The notes: generated from the sequence alone by a model not told the origin. DNA of 64,000 nt from Bacteroidales bacterium (GCA_049294275.1 JBAQCQ010000050.1:7729-71728); one strand, 5' to 3'. Shown: positions 50,216-59,041, numbered from the stretch's first letter. Program-made: numbers and translations.

Positions 50216-50908
50216 ATGAAAAGAATTTTAATCTCAACGGTAGCAGCAGCAGTAATGCTCAGCTCATGTGACGTACAGCCCGATGCTTACTTCTTCACAG
50301 ACAAGATCAAGGCTGAGATAGGAGAGGAGATCTTCTTCTTCAACGGGTCACACAATGCAACTGAATTTGAGTGGGATTTTGGCGACGGCACCTGGTCGGA
50401 CGCTTATGAGCCCGCTCACTCTTATTCAGCCTCAGGGGTCTTCACGGTTATCCTGAGCGCCTACTCAAAGTCAGGTAATGCCGACAGGTCATATCTTGAC
50501 ATCGAAGTGATGTCACCTACAATGCTCGAGGTCGAGGTTCTTGAATGGTATGACGAGTATCCGGTGTCGGGAGCCAGCGTGATACTGTACCCCACGGAGC
50601 TCGACTGGGACAATGAGACCAATGCCATCGTTGAGGGTTTCACCAATGCTTCCGGCAAGGTGATATTTACTAATCTGCAACCCCGTGTGTATTATGTTGA
50701 TGTGTGGCATGAAACCCACAACAACTATACCCTCAGGAATGAGCCAGACGGTGTGCAATGGATCAGGACCGACCCGCTGCTAAAAAACGAGCTTAACCAG
50801 TTTATTGCCTGGGTTGATTACACCGGCACCAAGGGTGCGGTCACCCGCGACAGAAAGCAGCTGCTTCCGCTCAAGGCAAGGTCATTTAAGACTCCTGTAA
50901 AAAAGTAA
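50216..50908 (+). CDS. PKD-domain lipoprotein
   Basis: I place the start at ATG 50216 (MKRILISTVAAAVMLSSC lipobox). The PKD signature is FEWDFGDGTWSDAYEPAHSYSASGVFTVIL. A C-terminal beta-sandwich-like region follows. Confidence 0.75.
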   Translation: MKRILISTVAAAVMLSSCDVQPDAYFFTDKIKAEIGEEIFFFNGSHNATEFEWDFGDGTWSDAYEPAHSYSASGVFTVILSAYSKSGNADRSYLDIEVMSPTMLEVEVLEWYDEYPVSGASVILYPTELDWDNETNAIVEGFTNASGKVIFTNLQPRVYYVDVWHETHNNYTLRNEPDGVQWIRTDPLLKNELNQFIAWVDYTGTKGAVTRDRKQLLPLKARSFKTPVKK

Positions 50909-50960
50909 ATCCGGTTCAGACAAAAATATCGGGCGCAGATATCCATTTGATAAATTTTAT

Positions 50961-50968
50961 TAAGTTTG
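50961..50968 (+). promoter_or_regulatory. Candidate -7 promoter box (TAnnTTTG) for the symporter gene
   Basis: Exact match taagtttg, 30 nt upstream of ATG 50999. Confidence 0.4.
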
Positions 50969-50998
50969 TGAGTTCACTAACCTAATCGAGATAATCAA

Positions 50999-52729
50999 AT
51001 GGATACAAAATTCGCGCTTGGTGGGATAGACTATCTGATAATGATAGTCTATTTTGCTTTTGTACTGGGTATAGGGTGGGCCCTGAAAAAATACATGAAG
51101 AATGCCTCTGCCTTCCTTGAAGCGGGAAGATCCATCCCGGCATGGGTGGCAGGACTGGCATTCATCTCTACCAACCTCGGGGCTCTTGAGGTAATGGGAA
51201 TGACAGGCTCCGGCCTCAAGTACGGTATGCTCACCACCCATTTCTACTGGATAGGCGCTATTCCCGCCATGGTCTTCCTGGCCCTCTTCATGATGCGTTT
51301 TTATTATGGCTCCAAAGCCCGTTCAGTGCCTGAATACCTGAAGCTGCGCTTCAATGAAAAGACACGCGGACTCAACGCAATACTCTTTGCGGTTATGACC
51401 GTGCTGGCATCGGGTATTTCGATGTATGCCCTGGCCATCCTTCTCGAAAACGTACTCGGGTGGAACTTCAACGTATCGCTCCTGGCTTCTGCAGCTATTG
51501 TACTGGCCTACACCTATCTCGGAGGACTCTCCTCTGCCATTTACAACGAAGTGCTTCAGTTCTTCATAATCATCATCGGGCTTCTGCCCATGGCCATCCT
51601 CGTTATGAAAGACGTGGGAGGCTGGAGCGGCATGCAGGCAAGCCTTGCACCTATAGTGGAGGCTAAGGGATTTGCGGCCGACACATGGACCACCACATGG
51701 AAATATACTGCAACTGAATCCGGGAACCCTCTCGGGGTGGCATGGTACGGAATCTTGGCCGGACTGGGATTTGTGCTTTCGTTCGGATACTGGTGCACGA
51801 ACTTCCTGATAGTCCAGCGCGCAATGGCGGCCGAATCAATGACTGCGGCACGCAAGGTGCCCCTGATAGGCGCCATACCCAAGATGTTCATACCGTTCCT
51901 TATCATTGTTCCCGGTATTGCCGCCCTCGTTCTGCTGAATGATCCGCTGAAAGGATTTGCACTGCCGCTGAATGATGCGGGACAACCAATATATGACTAC
52001 ACGATCATCATGCTGCTCAAGCAGTACCTGCCGGCAGGCGTTCTGGGTCTCGGAGTAACAGCCCTGCTCGCCTCGTTCATGTCAGGGATGGCCGGAAACG
52101 TATCAGCCTTTAATACGGTATGGACCTATGACATCTACCAGAGCTATATCCGCCCCTCAACAGGGAACAGGGAGAGCGATGACAAACATTACCTTAAGGT
52201 TGGTAAAATGGCTACCATCTTTGGCGTAATTGTCAGCATTGCGGCAGCATACATAGCAAGCAAGTTCGGCAATATCATGGACTTCCTGCAGACGATTTTC
52301 TCAATGATTAACGCCCCGCTCTTCGCGGTGATCTTCCTGGGAATGTTCTGGAAACGGTCAACAGGCAACGCTGCATTCACCGGACTGCTTGTCGGTTTCC
52401 TTGTTGCACTCATGCACCATGGACTCACACAGCCAGAGGGCGCAACCACCCTCGTCAAGGGTGGCTGGCTAGGGGTAATCCATACCTACCCGGTCGAGAT
52501 GGCACAGAACTTCTGGACCGCCATAATCGCATTCACAACCGCAACTCTTCTTACAGTGGTGATATCCCTGCTGATGAAACGCGAAAAGAGCGATGCGGAG
52601 CTCGACGGTTTGGTCTACTCCATGACTCAGAGACTCGACGACAGTCACGTAAAATGGTACAGCAGACCATGGTTCCTCGCACTGATTGTGGGAATCATTA
52701 TGATTGTGCTCTCGATTTTGTTCTGGTAA
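50999..52729 (+). CDS. Sodium:solute symporter family (SSF/SGLT-like) transporter
   Basis: 576 aa with about 13-14 TM segments and SSF-type N-terminal segments (…FLEAGRSIPAWVAGLAFISTNLGA…). Confidence 0.9.
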   Translation: MDTKFALGGIDYLIMIVYFAFVLGIGWALKKYMKNASAFLEAGRSIPAWVAGLAFISTNLGALEVMGMTGSGLKYGMLTTHFYWIGAIPAMVFLALFMMRFYYGSKARSVPEYLKLRFNEKTRGLNAILFAVMTVLASGISMYALAILLENVLGWNFNVSLLASAAIVLAYTYLGGLSSAIYNEVLQFFIIIIGLLPMAILVMKDVGGWSGMQASLAPIVEAKGFAADTWTTTWKYTATESGNPLGVAWYGILAGLGFVLSFGYWCTNFLIVQRAMAAESMTAARKVPLIGAIPKMFIPFLIIVPGIAALVLLNDPLKGFALPLNDAGQPIYDYTIIMLLKQYLPAGVLGLGVTALLASFMSGMAGNVSAFNTVWTYDIYQSYIRPSTGNRESDDKHYLKVGKMATIFGVIVSIAAAYIASKFGNIMDFLQTIFSMINAPLFAVIFLGMFWKRSTGNAAFTGLLVGFLVALMHHGLTQPEGATTLVKGGWLGVIHTYPVEMAQNFWTAIIAFTTATLLTVVISLLMKREKSDAELDGLVYSMTQRLDDSHVKWYSRPWFLALIVGIIMIVLSILFW

Positions 52730-52747
52730 CCTCAAAAAACAAAGATC

Positions 52748-52960
52748 ATGTTAGATATAAGATTTCCGATTGGACTGATGTTCTCGACCTTCGGGCTGAT
52801 CATTACAGTGTACGGCCTGGCAACCATGGGCAATGATGCAATGTATGTGCGTTCACTCAATGTGAATGTCAACCTGATCTCCGGCCTGTGCACACTGGCC
52901 TTCGGCCTGGTAATGCTCTTCCTCTCAGATCCGGTAAAGAAAATACTCCGGAAAAAGTAA
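52748..52960 (+). CDS. Small two-TM membrane protein downstream of the symporter
   Basis: 70-aa ORF lying 18 nt after the symporter stop. It has two hydrophobic helices (IGLMFSTFGLIITVYGLA and LISGLCTLAFGLVMLFL) and is followed by a terminator. Confidence 0.5.
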   Translation: MLDIRFPIGLMFSTFGLIITVYGLATMGNDAMYVRSLNVNVNLISGLCTLAFGLVMLFLSDPVKKILRKK

Positions 52961-52971
52961 CGGGTGACTAC

Positions 52972-52999
52972 AAAAAAAGCTGCGAGAGCGGCTTTTTTT
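52972..52999. terminator. Bidirectional rho-independent terminator between the small membrane protein gene (+) and lysA (-)
   Basis: aaaaaaaGCTGCgagaGCGGCttttttt: a 6-bp stem with one G:U pair, a GAGA tetraloop, and A7/T7 flanks. Confidence 0.75.
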
Positions 53000-53015
53000 G
53001 TCAATTTAAATCCAT

Positions 53016-54167
53016 TTACAAATCATCGGAAAATACCGATGGCGGGAGGGAGCGCATATTGTACCGCATTGCCATCACCTCGCCGTAAGCCCCTGCCGAA
53101 CGTATAGCTATAAGGTCTCCGCGCCGGGTCTCCGGCAGTGAAATGAATTTTCCGAAGGTGTCAGTGGTTTCGCAGACAGGTCCGGCAACCGTATACTTTT
53201 TTGGGGGCAGCACCGAAGTGAGATTCTCAATACGGTGCAGGGCATGGTATAGCGCAGGCCTCAGCAGTTCTGTCATCCCTGCATCAAGGATTAGAAAGGT
53301 CTCCCCGGTACCAGGCTTCACGAACAGCACCTTAGAGATCAGCGAACCGCAACCGGCAGTGAGCGATCTGCCCAGCTCAAAGGAGATGGTGCTTCGTATG
53401 TTCCTGTCAAGATGCTTCCTGAAAATTTCGAAGTAATCGGCAAACGCGGGAAACCGGTCAGGTTCCTCGTAGCTTATGCCGAGACCTCCCCCAACATTGA
53501 TATCGAAGGGCTCCATATCCCTGTCAGAGAGCCACTGCCATATCTCATTCACCCTGGTGCAGAGATTCCGGTAGACATTGAGATCGGTGATCTGTGATCC
53601 TATGTGTAAGTGAATTCCCCTGAAGTCAACGTTCTTTAGTCCGGCCAGAAGGGAGATGACCTTTTCAAGTTCAGCAATCCTTATACCGAATTTGTTTTCA
53701 TCGGTACCGGTGGTGATGTTCCTGAGTGTGTGGGCCTCCACATTCGGATTGATCCTCAGTGCAACAGCCGCCCGATGCCCTGTTCTGCCTGCAATCTCCT
53801 CTATGACCTCCAGCTCACCGGCAGACTCGGCATTGAAACATTTAATCCCGAGTCTCAGTGCTGTTTCAATCTCCCTGTCGCTTTTACCAACACCTGCGAA
53901 CACCGTTTCTCCGGCAGAAAAGCCGCAGCTCACGGCATGTTCAATCTCGTTTCCGCTCACACAATCAGCCCCTAACCCGTACCCTGAAATGATTTTCATT
54001 ATTACCGGGTTGAAGTTGGCCTTGACGGCATAGTGCAGTCTGAAACCCCTGTTGACGGCCTCTCCCGAAGCCACCGACAGTGTTTCGCGCAACCGGTCGA
54101 GATCATAGTAGTAGAAGGGAGTCTCGTGTCTCTTCAGTTTCTCTGTCAATTCATTCGTGAACATCAT
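53016..54167 (-). CDS. lysA: Diaminopimelate decarboxylase
   Basis: 383-aa fold-III PLP decarboxylase with PLP-Lys motif HYAVKAN and HIGSQI. It overlaps lysC by 4 nt. Confidence 0.93.
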   Translation of the reverse strand: MMFTNELTEKLKRHETPFYYYDLDRLRETLSVASGEAVNRGFRLHYAVKANFNPVIMKIISGYGLGADCVSGNEIEHAVSCGFSAGETVFAGVGKSDREIETALRLGIKCFNAESAGELEVIEEIAGRTGHRAAVALRINPNVEAHTLRNITTGTDENKFGIRIAELEKVISLLAGLKNVDFRGIHLHIGSQITDLNVYRNLCTRVNEIWQWLSDRDMEPFDINVGGGLGISYEEPDRFPAFADYFEIFRKHLDRNIRSTISFELGRSLTAGCGSLISKVLFVKPGTGETFLILDAGMTELLRPALYHALHRIENLTSVLPPKKYTVAGPVCETTDTFGKFISLPETRRGDLIAIRSAGAYGEVMAMRYNMRSLPPSVFSDDL

Positions 54168-55483
54168 TCCTGCGTAAAAAGTTTGGCGCTGAGCGATCTG
54201 AGGGCTGTTAACTTGTCGCTCGTATTTATAAGTATTGATACACTGTTTTCACTGCCTCCGTATGATATCATCTTGACTGGTATGACATTCAGCGCCTCGA
54301 ATATTTCCGGGGCGGACCCTACCCTGTCAGGCCTGAAGTCCCCGACGACACAGATTATCGTCTGATCCTTTTCAACTTCAACGGCCCCAATCGAACTCAG
54401 GGTTCTGACTATCTCGCTGAGGTGGGTAGGGTCTTCAATCGTAAGCGAAACCGAGACCTCGGATGTTGTGATCATGTCTATCGGCGTCTTGAAAGCTTCG
54501 AAGGCTTCGAAAATCCTCCTCATGAAACCGTATGCCATCAGCATCCTGTCGGATTGGATTCTGAGCGCGGTGATCCCATCTTTTGCAGCAACGGCCTTAT
54601 AATCCTCCCGTGGTGATTCAGAAGTGATCAGCGTTCCTTCATCGGAGGGCTCCATTGTGTTCTTCAGCCTGACGGGGATATTCTTCAAACGGGCAGGGTT
54701 GATGCTGGAGGGATGGAGTATTTTCGCTCCGAAGTAGGCAAGCTCTGCCGCTTCACCATAGGAAAGGCTCCTTATCACCCGCGTGCCCTCTACATACCTC
54801 GGGTCATTGTTATGCAGCCCGCTGATATCCGTCCATATCTGAACTTCCTCAGCTCCGATGGCCGTCCCGGTGATGGTGGCGCTGTAGTCACTCCCTCCGC
54901 GGTGGAGGTTGTCAGTCTCTCCGTAAGCATTACGGCAGATGAATCCCTGGGTAATAATGATCTTTTCGTCCTTCACAGATGCCATCTCACGCTTCAGGTT
55001 CTCCCTTATATAGAAATAGTCGGGTTCGCCATCCTTGTCTATCCTCATGTAATTAAGGGCCGGCAGCAGGAAGGAAGGGATTCCCGTCTCCGAAAGCAGA
55101 AAATGTAGCAGAGCCGTTGAGATCAGTTCGCCGCGGGCAACAATGCGCTTCTCATTGTGACGGCTGTACTCACGCGTGAAGAGGTTGACGATATAATCGA
55201 AATGTTCATCGATCAGGTCATGCGCCCCCTCAGCCCAGGTTGATGAGGCGAAAAGCTCACCTGCAACAGTGTGATATCTGGCACGAAGCACACCTGTCTT
55301 TTTGCCTGCATCGTTTTTATTTCCTGTTGCAAACAGTTCCGAAATCTCTACAAGGGCATTTGTGGTACCAGCCATTGCCGACAGAACGACAATCTTCAAC
55401 TCACCGTCGTTTATAAGAGGGATCAGCGCCCTGAACCGCTCAGGACTTCCCACAGAGGTGCCCCCGAATTTATAGACCTTCAT
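54164..55483 (-). CDS. lysC: Aspartate kinase
   Basis: I place the start at ATG 55483 (MKVYKFGGTSVG, the kinase N-terminus). C-terminal ACT domains are present. The track's TTG start at 55552 lies upstream of the predicted -7 box at 55540-55547, so the box falls inside that extension. Confidence 0.92.
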   Translation of the reverse strand: MKVYKFGGTSVGSPERFRALIPLINDGELKIVVLSAMAGTTNALVEISELFATGNKNDAGKKTGVLRARYHTVAGELFASSTWAEGAHDLIDEHFDYIVNLFTREYSRHNEKRIVARGELISTALLHFLLSETGIPSFLLPALNYMRIDKDGEPDYFYIRENLKREMASVKDEKIIITQGFICRNAYGETDNLHRGGSDYSATITGTAIGAEEVQIWTDISGLHNNDPRYVEGTRVIRSLSYGEAAELAYFGAKILHPSSINPARLKNIPVRLKNTMEPSDEGTLITSESPREDYKAVAAKDGITALRIQSDRMLMAYGFMRRIFEAFEAFKTPIDMITTSEVSVSLTIEDPTHLSEIVRTLSSIGAVEVEKDQTIICVVGDFRPDRVGSAPEIFEALNVIPVKMISYGGSENSVSILINTSDKLTALRSLSAKLFTQE

Positions 55484-55539
55484 CTTCCTTCTCTGTACCA
55501 GATGCTGCCTCTGCGGCATCCATTCCATTGTTTGGGGAT

Positions 55540-55547
55540 CAAATATA
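55540..55547 (-). promoter_or_regulatory. Candidate -7 promoter box (TAnnTTTG on the minus strand) for lysC-lysA
   Basis: Plus-strand caaatata is tatatttg on the minus strand, 56 nt upstream of ATG 55483. Confidence 0.4.
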
Positions 55548-55619
55548 GGCAAAAGTGAAATCTGTAATTAAAAATTACGCTCTTTTCAGCAAAGAGGCAC
55601 GTTGATTAAAAAAAATCTT

Positions 55620-55627
55620 TATTTTTG
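55620..55627 (+). promoter_or_regulatory. Candidate -7 promoter box (TAnnTTTG) for the tRNA-Leu pair
   Basis: Exact match tatttttg, 92 nt upstream of the first tRNA. Confidence 0.35.
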
Positions 55628-55684
55628 CACCCGCGTTAAAGGACAAAGGGTAAAGGCGCAAGACAAATGAGTTCATTTTCAACA

Positions 55685-55719
55685 TTTGACTTTCGACTTT
55701 TGATTTTCGACTTTTAATT
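55685..55719. repeat. Period-7 array abutting the 5' end of tRNA-Leu(CAG)
   Basis: tttgact ttcgact tttgatt ttcgact tttaatt. The next base (55720) is tRNA position 1. Confidence 0.85.
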
Positions 55720-55803
55720 GCCCAGATGGCGAAATTGGTAGACGCGCTAGTTTCAGGGACTAGTGTCAGCAATGATGTGCAGGTTCGAGTCCTGTTCTGG
55801 GCA
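55720..55803 (+). tRNA. tRNA-Leu (anticodon CAG), class II with long variable arm
   Basis: Acceptor stem GCCCAGA/TCTGGGC, D-loop AATTGGTAG, anticodon stem CTAGT/ACTAG with loop TTCAGGG (CAG at 55754-55756), a long variable arm, T-loop GGTTCGAGTCC and discriminator A. No CCA is encoded. Confidence 0.93.
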
Positions 55804-55890
55804 CAGAAAGCAGCACAGAGCGCAGTGCAAGGAGCACAGAGCAGTAACACGCTGCCCTGAGCCCAGAGCCCTGGGCCCTGAGCCAAAACC
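55804..55890. repeat. Period-7 array filling the entire spacer between the two tRNA-Leu genes
   Basis: cagaaag cagcaca gagcgca gtgcaag gagcaca gagcagt aacacgc tgccctg agcccag agccctg ggccctg agccaaa acc. There are two sub-families, GAGCNCA and AGCCCNG. Confidence 0.85.
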
Positions 55891-55974
55891 GCCCAGGTGG
55901 TGAAATTGGTAGACACGCCAGCTTGAGGGGCTGGTGCTCGTAAGGGTGTGCAAGTTCGAGTCTTGTCCTGGGCA
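55891..55974 (+). tRNA. tRNA-Leu (anticodon GAG), class II with long variable arm
   Basis: Acceptor stem GCCCAGG/CCTGGGC, anticodon stem CCAGC/GCTGG with loop TTGAGGG (GAG at 55925-55927), T-loop AGTTCGAGTCT and discriminator A. Confidence 0.93.
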
Positions 55975-55978
55975 CACG

Positions 55979-56005
55979 AAAAAAGCCGTGAAGAACGGCT
56001 TTTTT
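55979..56005. terminator. Bidirectional rho-independent terminator after the tRNA pair (+) and the GH3 fusion gene (-)
   Basis: aaaaaaGCCGTgaagaACGGCtttttt: a 5-bp stem with a 5-nt loop and A6/T6 flanks. Confidence 0.75.
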
Positions 56006-56068
56006 ATTTTCGATTTTTTATCTTCGATTTGGGACCGTTAAAAATCGTCAATCGCAAATCACAAATTA
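56006..56068. repeat. Period-7 array between the terminator and the stop codon of the GH3 fusion gene
   Basis: attttcg atttttt atcttcg atttggg accgtta aaaatcg tcaatcg caaatca caaatta. The reverse complement of 56043-56057 (ttgcgattgacgatt) matches 46779-46793 (ttgcgattgtcgatt) at 14 of 15 positions. Confidence 0.8.
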
Positions 56069-59026
56069 TTGAATTATCGCATCATATGTTGCCTGCAGTA
56101 TCTTCCCTCGGATCGAGAGTTCAGAGAGAAGGTTGTTGTTGCGGGTGGGGTAGACCCTGTTGCTGAGGAAGACATATGATATCTCTGCCTCCGGGTCAAC
56201 CCATATGAACGTTCCTGTAAAACCCGAGTGGCCAAAGCTTGACTTTGAGGCGGAACGGCACGGGTAAGCCTCACCGGGAGGAATGGTGTCGTTCTCAAGC
56301 ATGGGCTTGTCAAAGCCAAGTGCCCTGCGGTTATGGTTCTCAGGGAACTGAACCCGGGTATACTCATTCAATACCTCCCGGCTCAGCACCCTGACCCCGC
56401 CGTACTCACCGCCGCGCCGGTACATCTCAACCAGCTTCATGAGATCATTTCCGGTGGCAAACAAGCCTGCATGGCCTGACACACCGCCAAGCATAGCAGT
56501 ACCCTCATCATGAACCGTCCCCCGTAGCAGCTGCCTGCGGAACAGCGAATCATATTCCGTTGGCACTATCCGTTCCAGGGGATACTTTTCAAATGGGTTG
56601 TAGGTGATGTTGAAAGCCCCTATCGGACGGTAGATGTTCTCCGGTGCGAACTTATCTATGGTCATGTCCGTCAGGCTCTCAATAATCTCAGCCGCCAGTA
56701 TGAATGTCAGGTCGGAATAGACATATTTTTTGGGGCCTGTCGGGCTGTCACGGATCTCCCTGAACATATCCTTCAGATAGTGTCTGTTCATATATACAGA
56801 GTCAGTAACCCTGAGTGCAAACCGCCTGTTTCTGACATCACTGAAGATGCCTCTCCTGAATGTGCTGTCGTTCTCGAGCGTGTTACGCCAGAAGGGTATC
56901 CATGACCTCAGGCCGGCCTGGTGGGCCAGCATTTCTCGCAGAACCATGTCACCCTTGTCTGAGAACCTGAACCATGGCAGGTACTCCCCCAGGGTCTTGT
57001 CGGGGTCGAAAAGCCCGCGGTCATTTAGCAGCATCAGCGACGGTGTCGCAGCTGATACCTTTGTCACCGAGGCCAGATCCCACATGTCGTGCTCCGATAC
57101 CGCCTCGGTGCTGTCATACAGGTGAAAGCCGTAGCATTTGTTGAGAACCACGATCCCCTTGCGGGCAATCAGCACCTGGCATCCTGGGAAGGCGAGGGTA
57201 TCGAGCCCCTTCTGAACGATTGAGTCAATCTTGCTGACCAGTCTTTCCGATGAGATACCTGCATTCTCGGGGAATCCGAACTGGAGCCTGATGCCTCCGG
57301 GCGTTTTAATGCCAAAACCTTCGGGATAAGCGGCGTTGACAGTGACAGGAAGTCGTCCGCTGGCACCCAGCCCCCCGAAGAGTACCTGCACCGCTGTCTG
57401 ATGTGCATAGCTGTTATCCTGGTAGCCAACAAGCAGAGCAGTCGGCCTGACACTCATGTCGAGCTTCGCAATACCGTATGGGTTTCCGAACCAGATGACT
57501 GCCGAACGGGTAAGTCCCGCTATCTGCCTGAAGACGGAATTCAGCTGCGGAGTCACTCCGTATCCTCCTGCAGGTTTCTGCTCAAGCGCGCAAATACCGG
57601 CGATGACCACATCATAATCCTTCAGCTTCGAGAGAACAAACCGGGCACCCTGTTCATTATCCGGATCAATGTAATAATGGTCAGCGTTTGTATACCTGTC
57701 GGTCATCTTCTGGAACTCTGTCATCGCCAGACGATTGACAGCTACGGTGGCAATCCTGATCTTGTCAAGTCGCCCCAGTGGCACAAGGTTCTCATTGTTT
57801 TCGATCAGCGTCATGGCGCCGGCGTAGAGCTCTCTTATCATGGCAGGGTGGGCTGATACGGGAATGGCATCTTTTCCCTCCGTACCGGAAAACCCGGTCT
57901 CCCCGCTCTCAAGCCACAGCTTGGCAGCCAGCAGCCTGCGGCACCTCGATGTGATCTCATCCACGGTTATCTCTCCCTTTTCAACCCTTTTGGCAATCTC
58001 ATCAATGGCACGCAACGGATCGGTGGAGTATTCAATGATGTCATTGCCTGCCTTAAGGGCCTCTGCATCCGCAATTCCTGACGGATATGTCAGGGTGGCA
58101 CCTGCCATGTTCATGGCATCGGTGAGTATAAGGCCCCGGAAACCGGTGTCCTCCCTGAGTATTCCGGTTATCACTTTTCGTGAGAATGTGGCGGGAAGAC
58201 GTGGCGTGGCCTCGAGTCCTGGAACACTTATGTGTGCTGTCATTATTGAACCCACACCCTCATTAATCAGACGCCTGAATGGCACCAGCTCGACTGCGTC
58301 AAACCGTTTCCTGTCACCCCTTATGACAGGAAGGCCGGTATGTGAGTCGATATCCGTATCACCGTGACCGGGGAAATGTTTTGCACAGGCCATAATACCA
58401 TGATCCTGAAGGCCTTTCATGTACATGACCGCCTTAGACGCCACCTTTTCCGGATCCTCACCGAAAGACCTGTAATTGATAACCGGGTTGAACGGGTTGT
58501 TGTTTACATCTGCTACCGGAGCCAGGTTGACGTTTACGCCAATGTCATGACATTGCCGTGCCACGGCTGTGCCCATCCTGTAGATGAGGGAATCATCCTG
58601 AAGGGCACCCATGGTCATCTGGTACGGGAAATCCTCGATCTCCATGAGCCTCATGCCCGTTCCCCATTCCGCATCCTGGGCAATAATGAGAGGGATCTTC
58701 GTTATCCTTTTGATTTGCTCCGTGTAATCTATCTGCCTGTCACGCGAGCCTTCAAAGAAAATAACTCCTCCGATGCCGTGCTTTGCCACAAGCTCCTCCA
58801 CCTGCCTGAAGTTGTCACCCTTCTCCGAAGCCCATGCCGGCACCCAGAAAAGCTGCGCAATCATCTCTCTTACAGTCAGAGTTCGGAGAAGACTGTCAAC
58901 CCTGGTATCGTTTAAATATTTTTGCCAAGGCAGATTGTTCCCGGTGGCCTGAGCCATCACAGGTGAGAAAATAGCGGGAGCCAGTGACAGAAGAACGGGA
59001 AACAATATGTTTTTCATCGGATGCAT
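56066..59026 (-). CDS. Bifunctional secreted protein: GH3 beta-N-acetylhexosaminidase (NagZ-like) N-terminal half plus serine beta-lactamase/PBP-like C-terminal half
   Basis: The GH3 motif is KHFPGHGDTDIDSH. The C-terminal half has SxxK (ASVTK) and other class-C/AmpH-like segments. I prefer ATG 59026 or 59017 because the track's TTG 59044 lies inside the predicted -7 box. Confidence 0.88.
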   Translation of the reverse strand: MHPMKNILFPVLLSLAPAIFSPVMAQATGNNLPWQKYLNDTRVDSLLRTLTVREMIAQLFWVPAWASEKGDNFRQVEELVAKHGIGGVIFFEGSRDRQIDYTEQIKRITKIPLIIAQDAEWGTGMRLMEIEDFPYQMTMGALQDDSLIYRMGTAVARQCHDIGVNVNLAPVADVNNNPFNPVINYRSFGEDPEKVASKAVMYMKGLQDHGIMACAKHFPGHGDTDIDSHTGLPVIRGDRKRFDAVELVPFRRLINEGVGSIMTAHISVPGLEATPRLPATFSRKVITGILREDTGFRGLILTDAMNMAGATLTYPSGIADAEALKAGNDIIEYSTDPLRAIDEIAKRVEKGEITVDEITSRCRRLLAAKLWLESGETGFSGTEGKDAIPVSAHPAMIRELYAGAMTLIENNENLVPLGRLDKIRIATVAVNRLAMTEFQKMTDRYTNADHYYIDPDNEQGARFVLSKLKDYDVVIAGICALEQKPAGGYGVTPQLNSVFRQIAGLTRSAVIWFGNPYGIAKLDMSVRPTALLVGYQDNSYAHQTAVQVLFGGLGASGRLPVTVNAAYPEGFGIKTPGGIRLQFGFPENAGISSERLVSKIDSIVQKGLDTLAFPGCQVLIARKGIVVLNKCYGFHLYDSTEAVSEHDMWDLASVTKVSAATPSLMLLNDRGLFDPDKTLGEYLPWFRFSDKGDMVLREMLAHQAGLRSWIPFWRNTLENDSTFRRGIFSDVRNRRFALRVTDSVYMNRHYLKDMFREIRDSPTGPKKYVYSDLTFILAAEIIESLTDMTIDKFAPENIYRPIGAFNITYNPFEKYPLERIVPTEYDSLFRRQLLRGTVHDEGTAMLGGVSGHAGLFATGNDLMKLVEMYRRGGEYGGVRVLSREVLNEYTRVQFPENHNRRALGFDKPMLENDTIPPGEAYPCRSASKSSFGHSGFTGTFIWVDPEAEISYVFLSNRVYPTRNNNLLSELSIRGKILQATYDAIIQ

Positions 59027-59041
59027 GAATTTGGAATGAAT

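Noticed and set aside
55548-55719. Lysine riboswitch (L-box) upstream of lysC
   Set aside because: The leader between the predicted -7 box and ATG 55483 is only about 50 nt. The region further upstream belongs to the divergent tRNA promoter and a heptad array. I could not find the conserved L-box helices or the characteristic AGAGGCGC core in the correct orientation.
55720-55974. tRNA-Leu genes as an integration site for a genomic island
   Set aside because: There is no integrase, no duplicated tRNA 3' fragment and no compositional break. The flanking genes (lysC-lysA and the GH3 fusion) are housekeeping or envelope genes.
55575-55977. Three overlapping minus-strand ORFs (69-113 aa) across the tRNA-Leu region
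   Set aside because: They are made of antisense tRNA sequence and heptad repeats. The two tRNAs fold into canonical class II cloverleaves, which explains the region.
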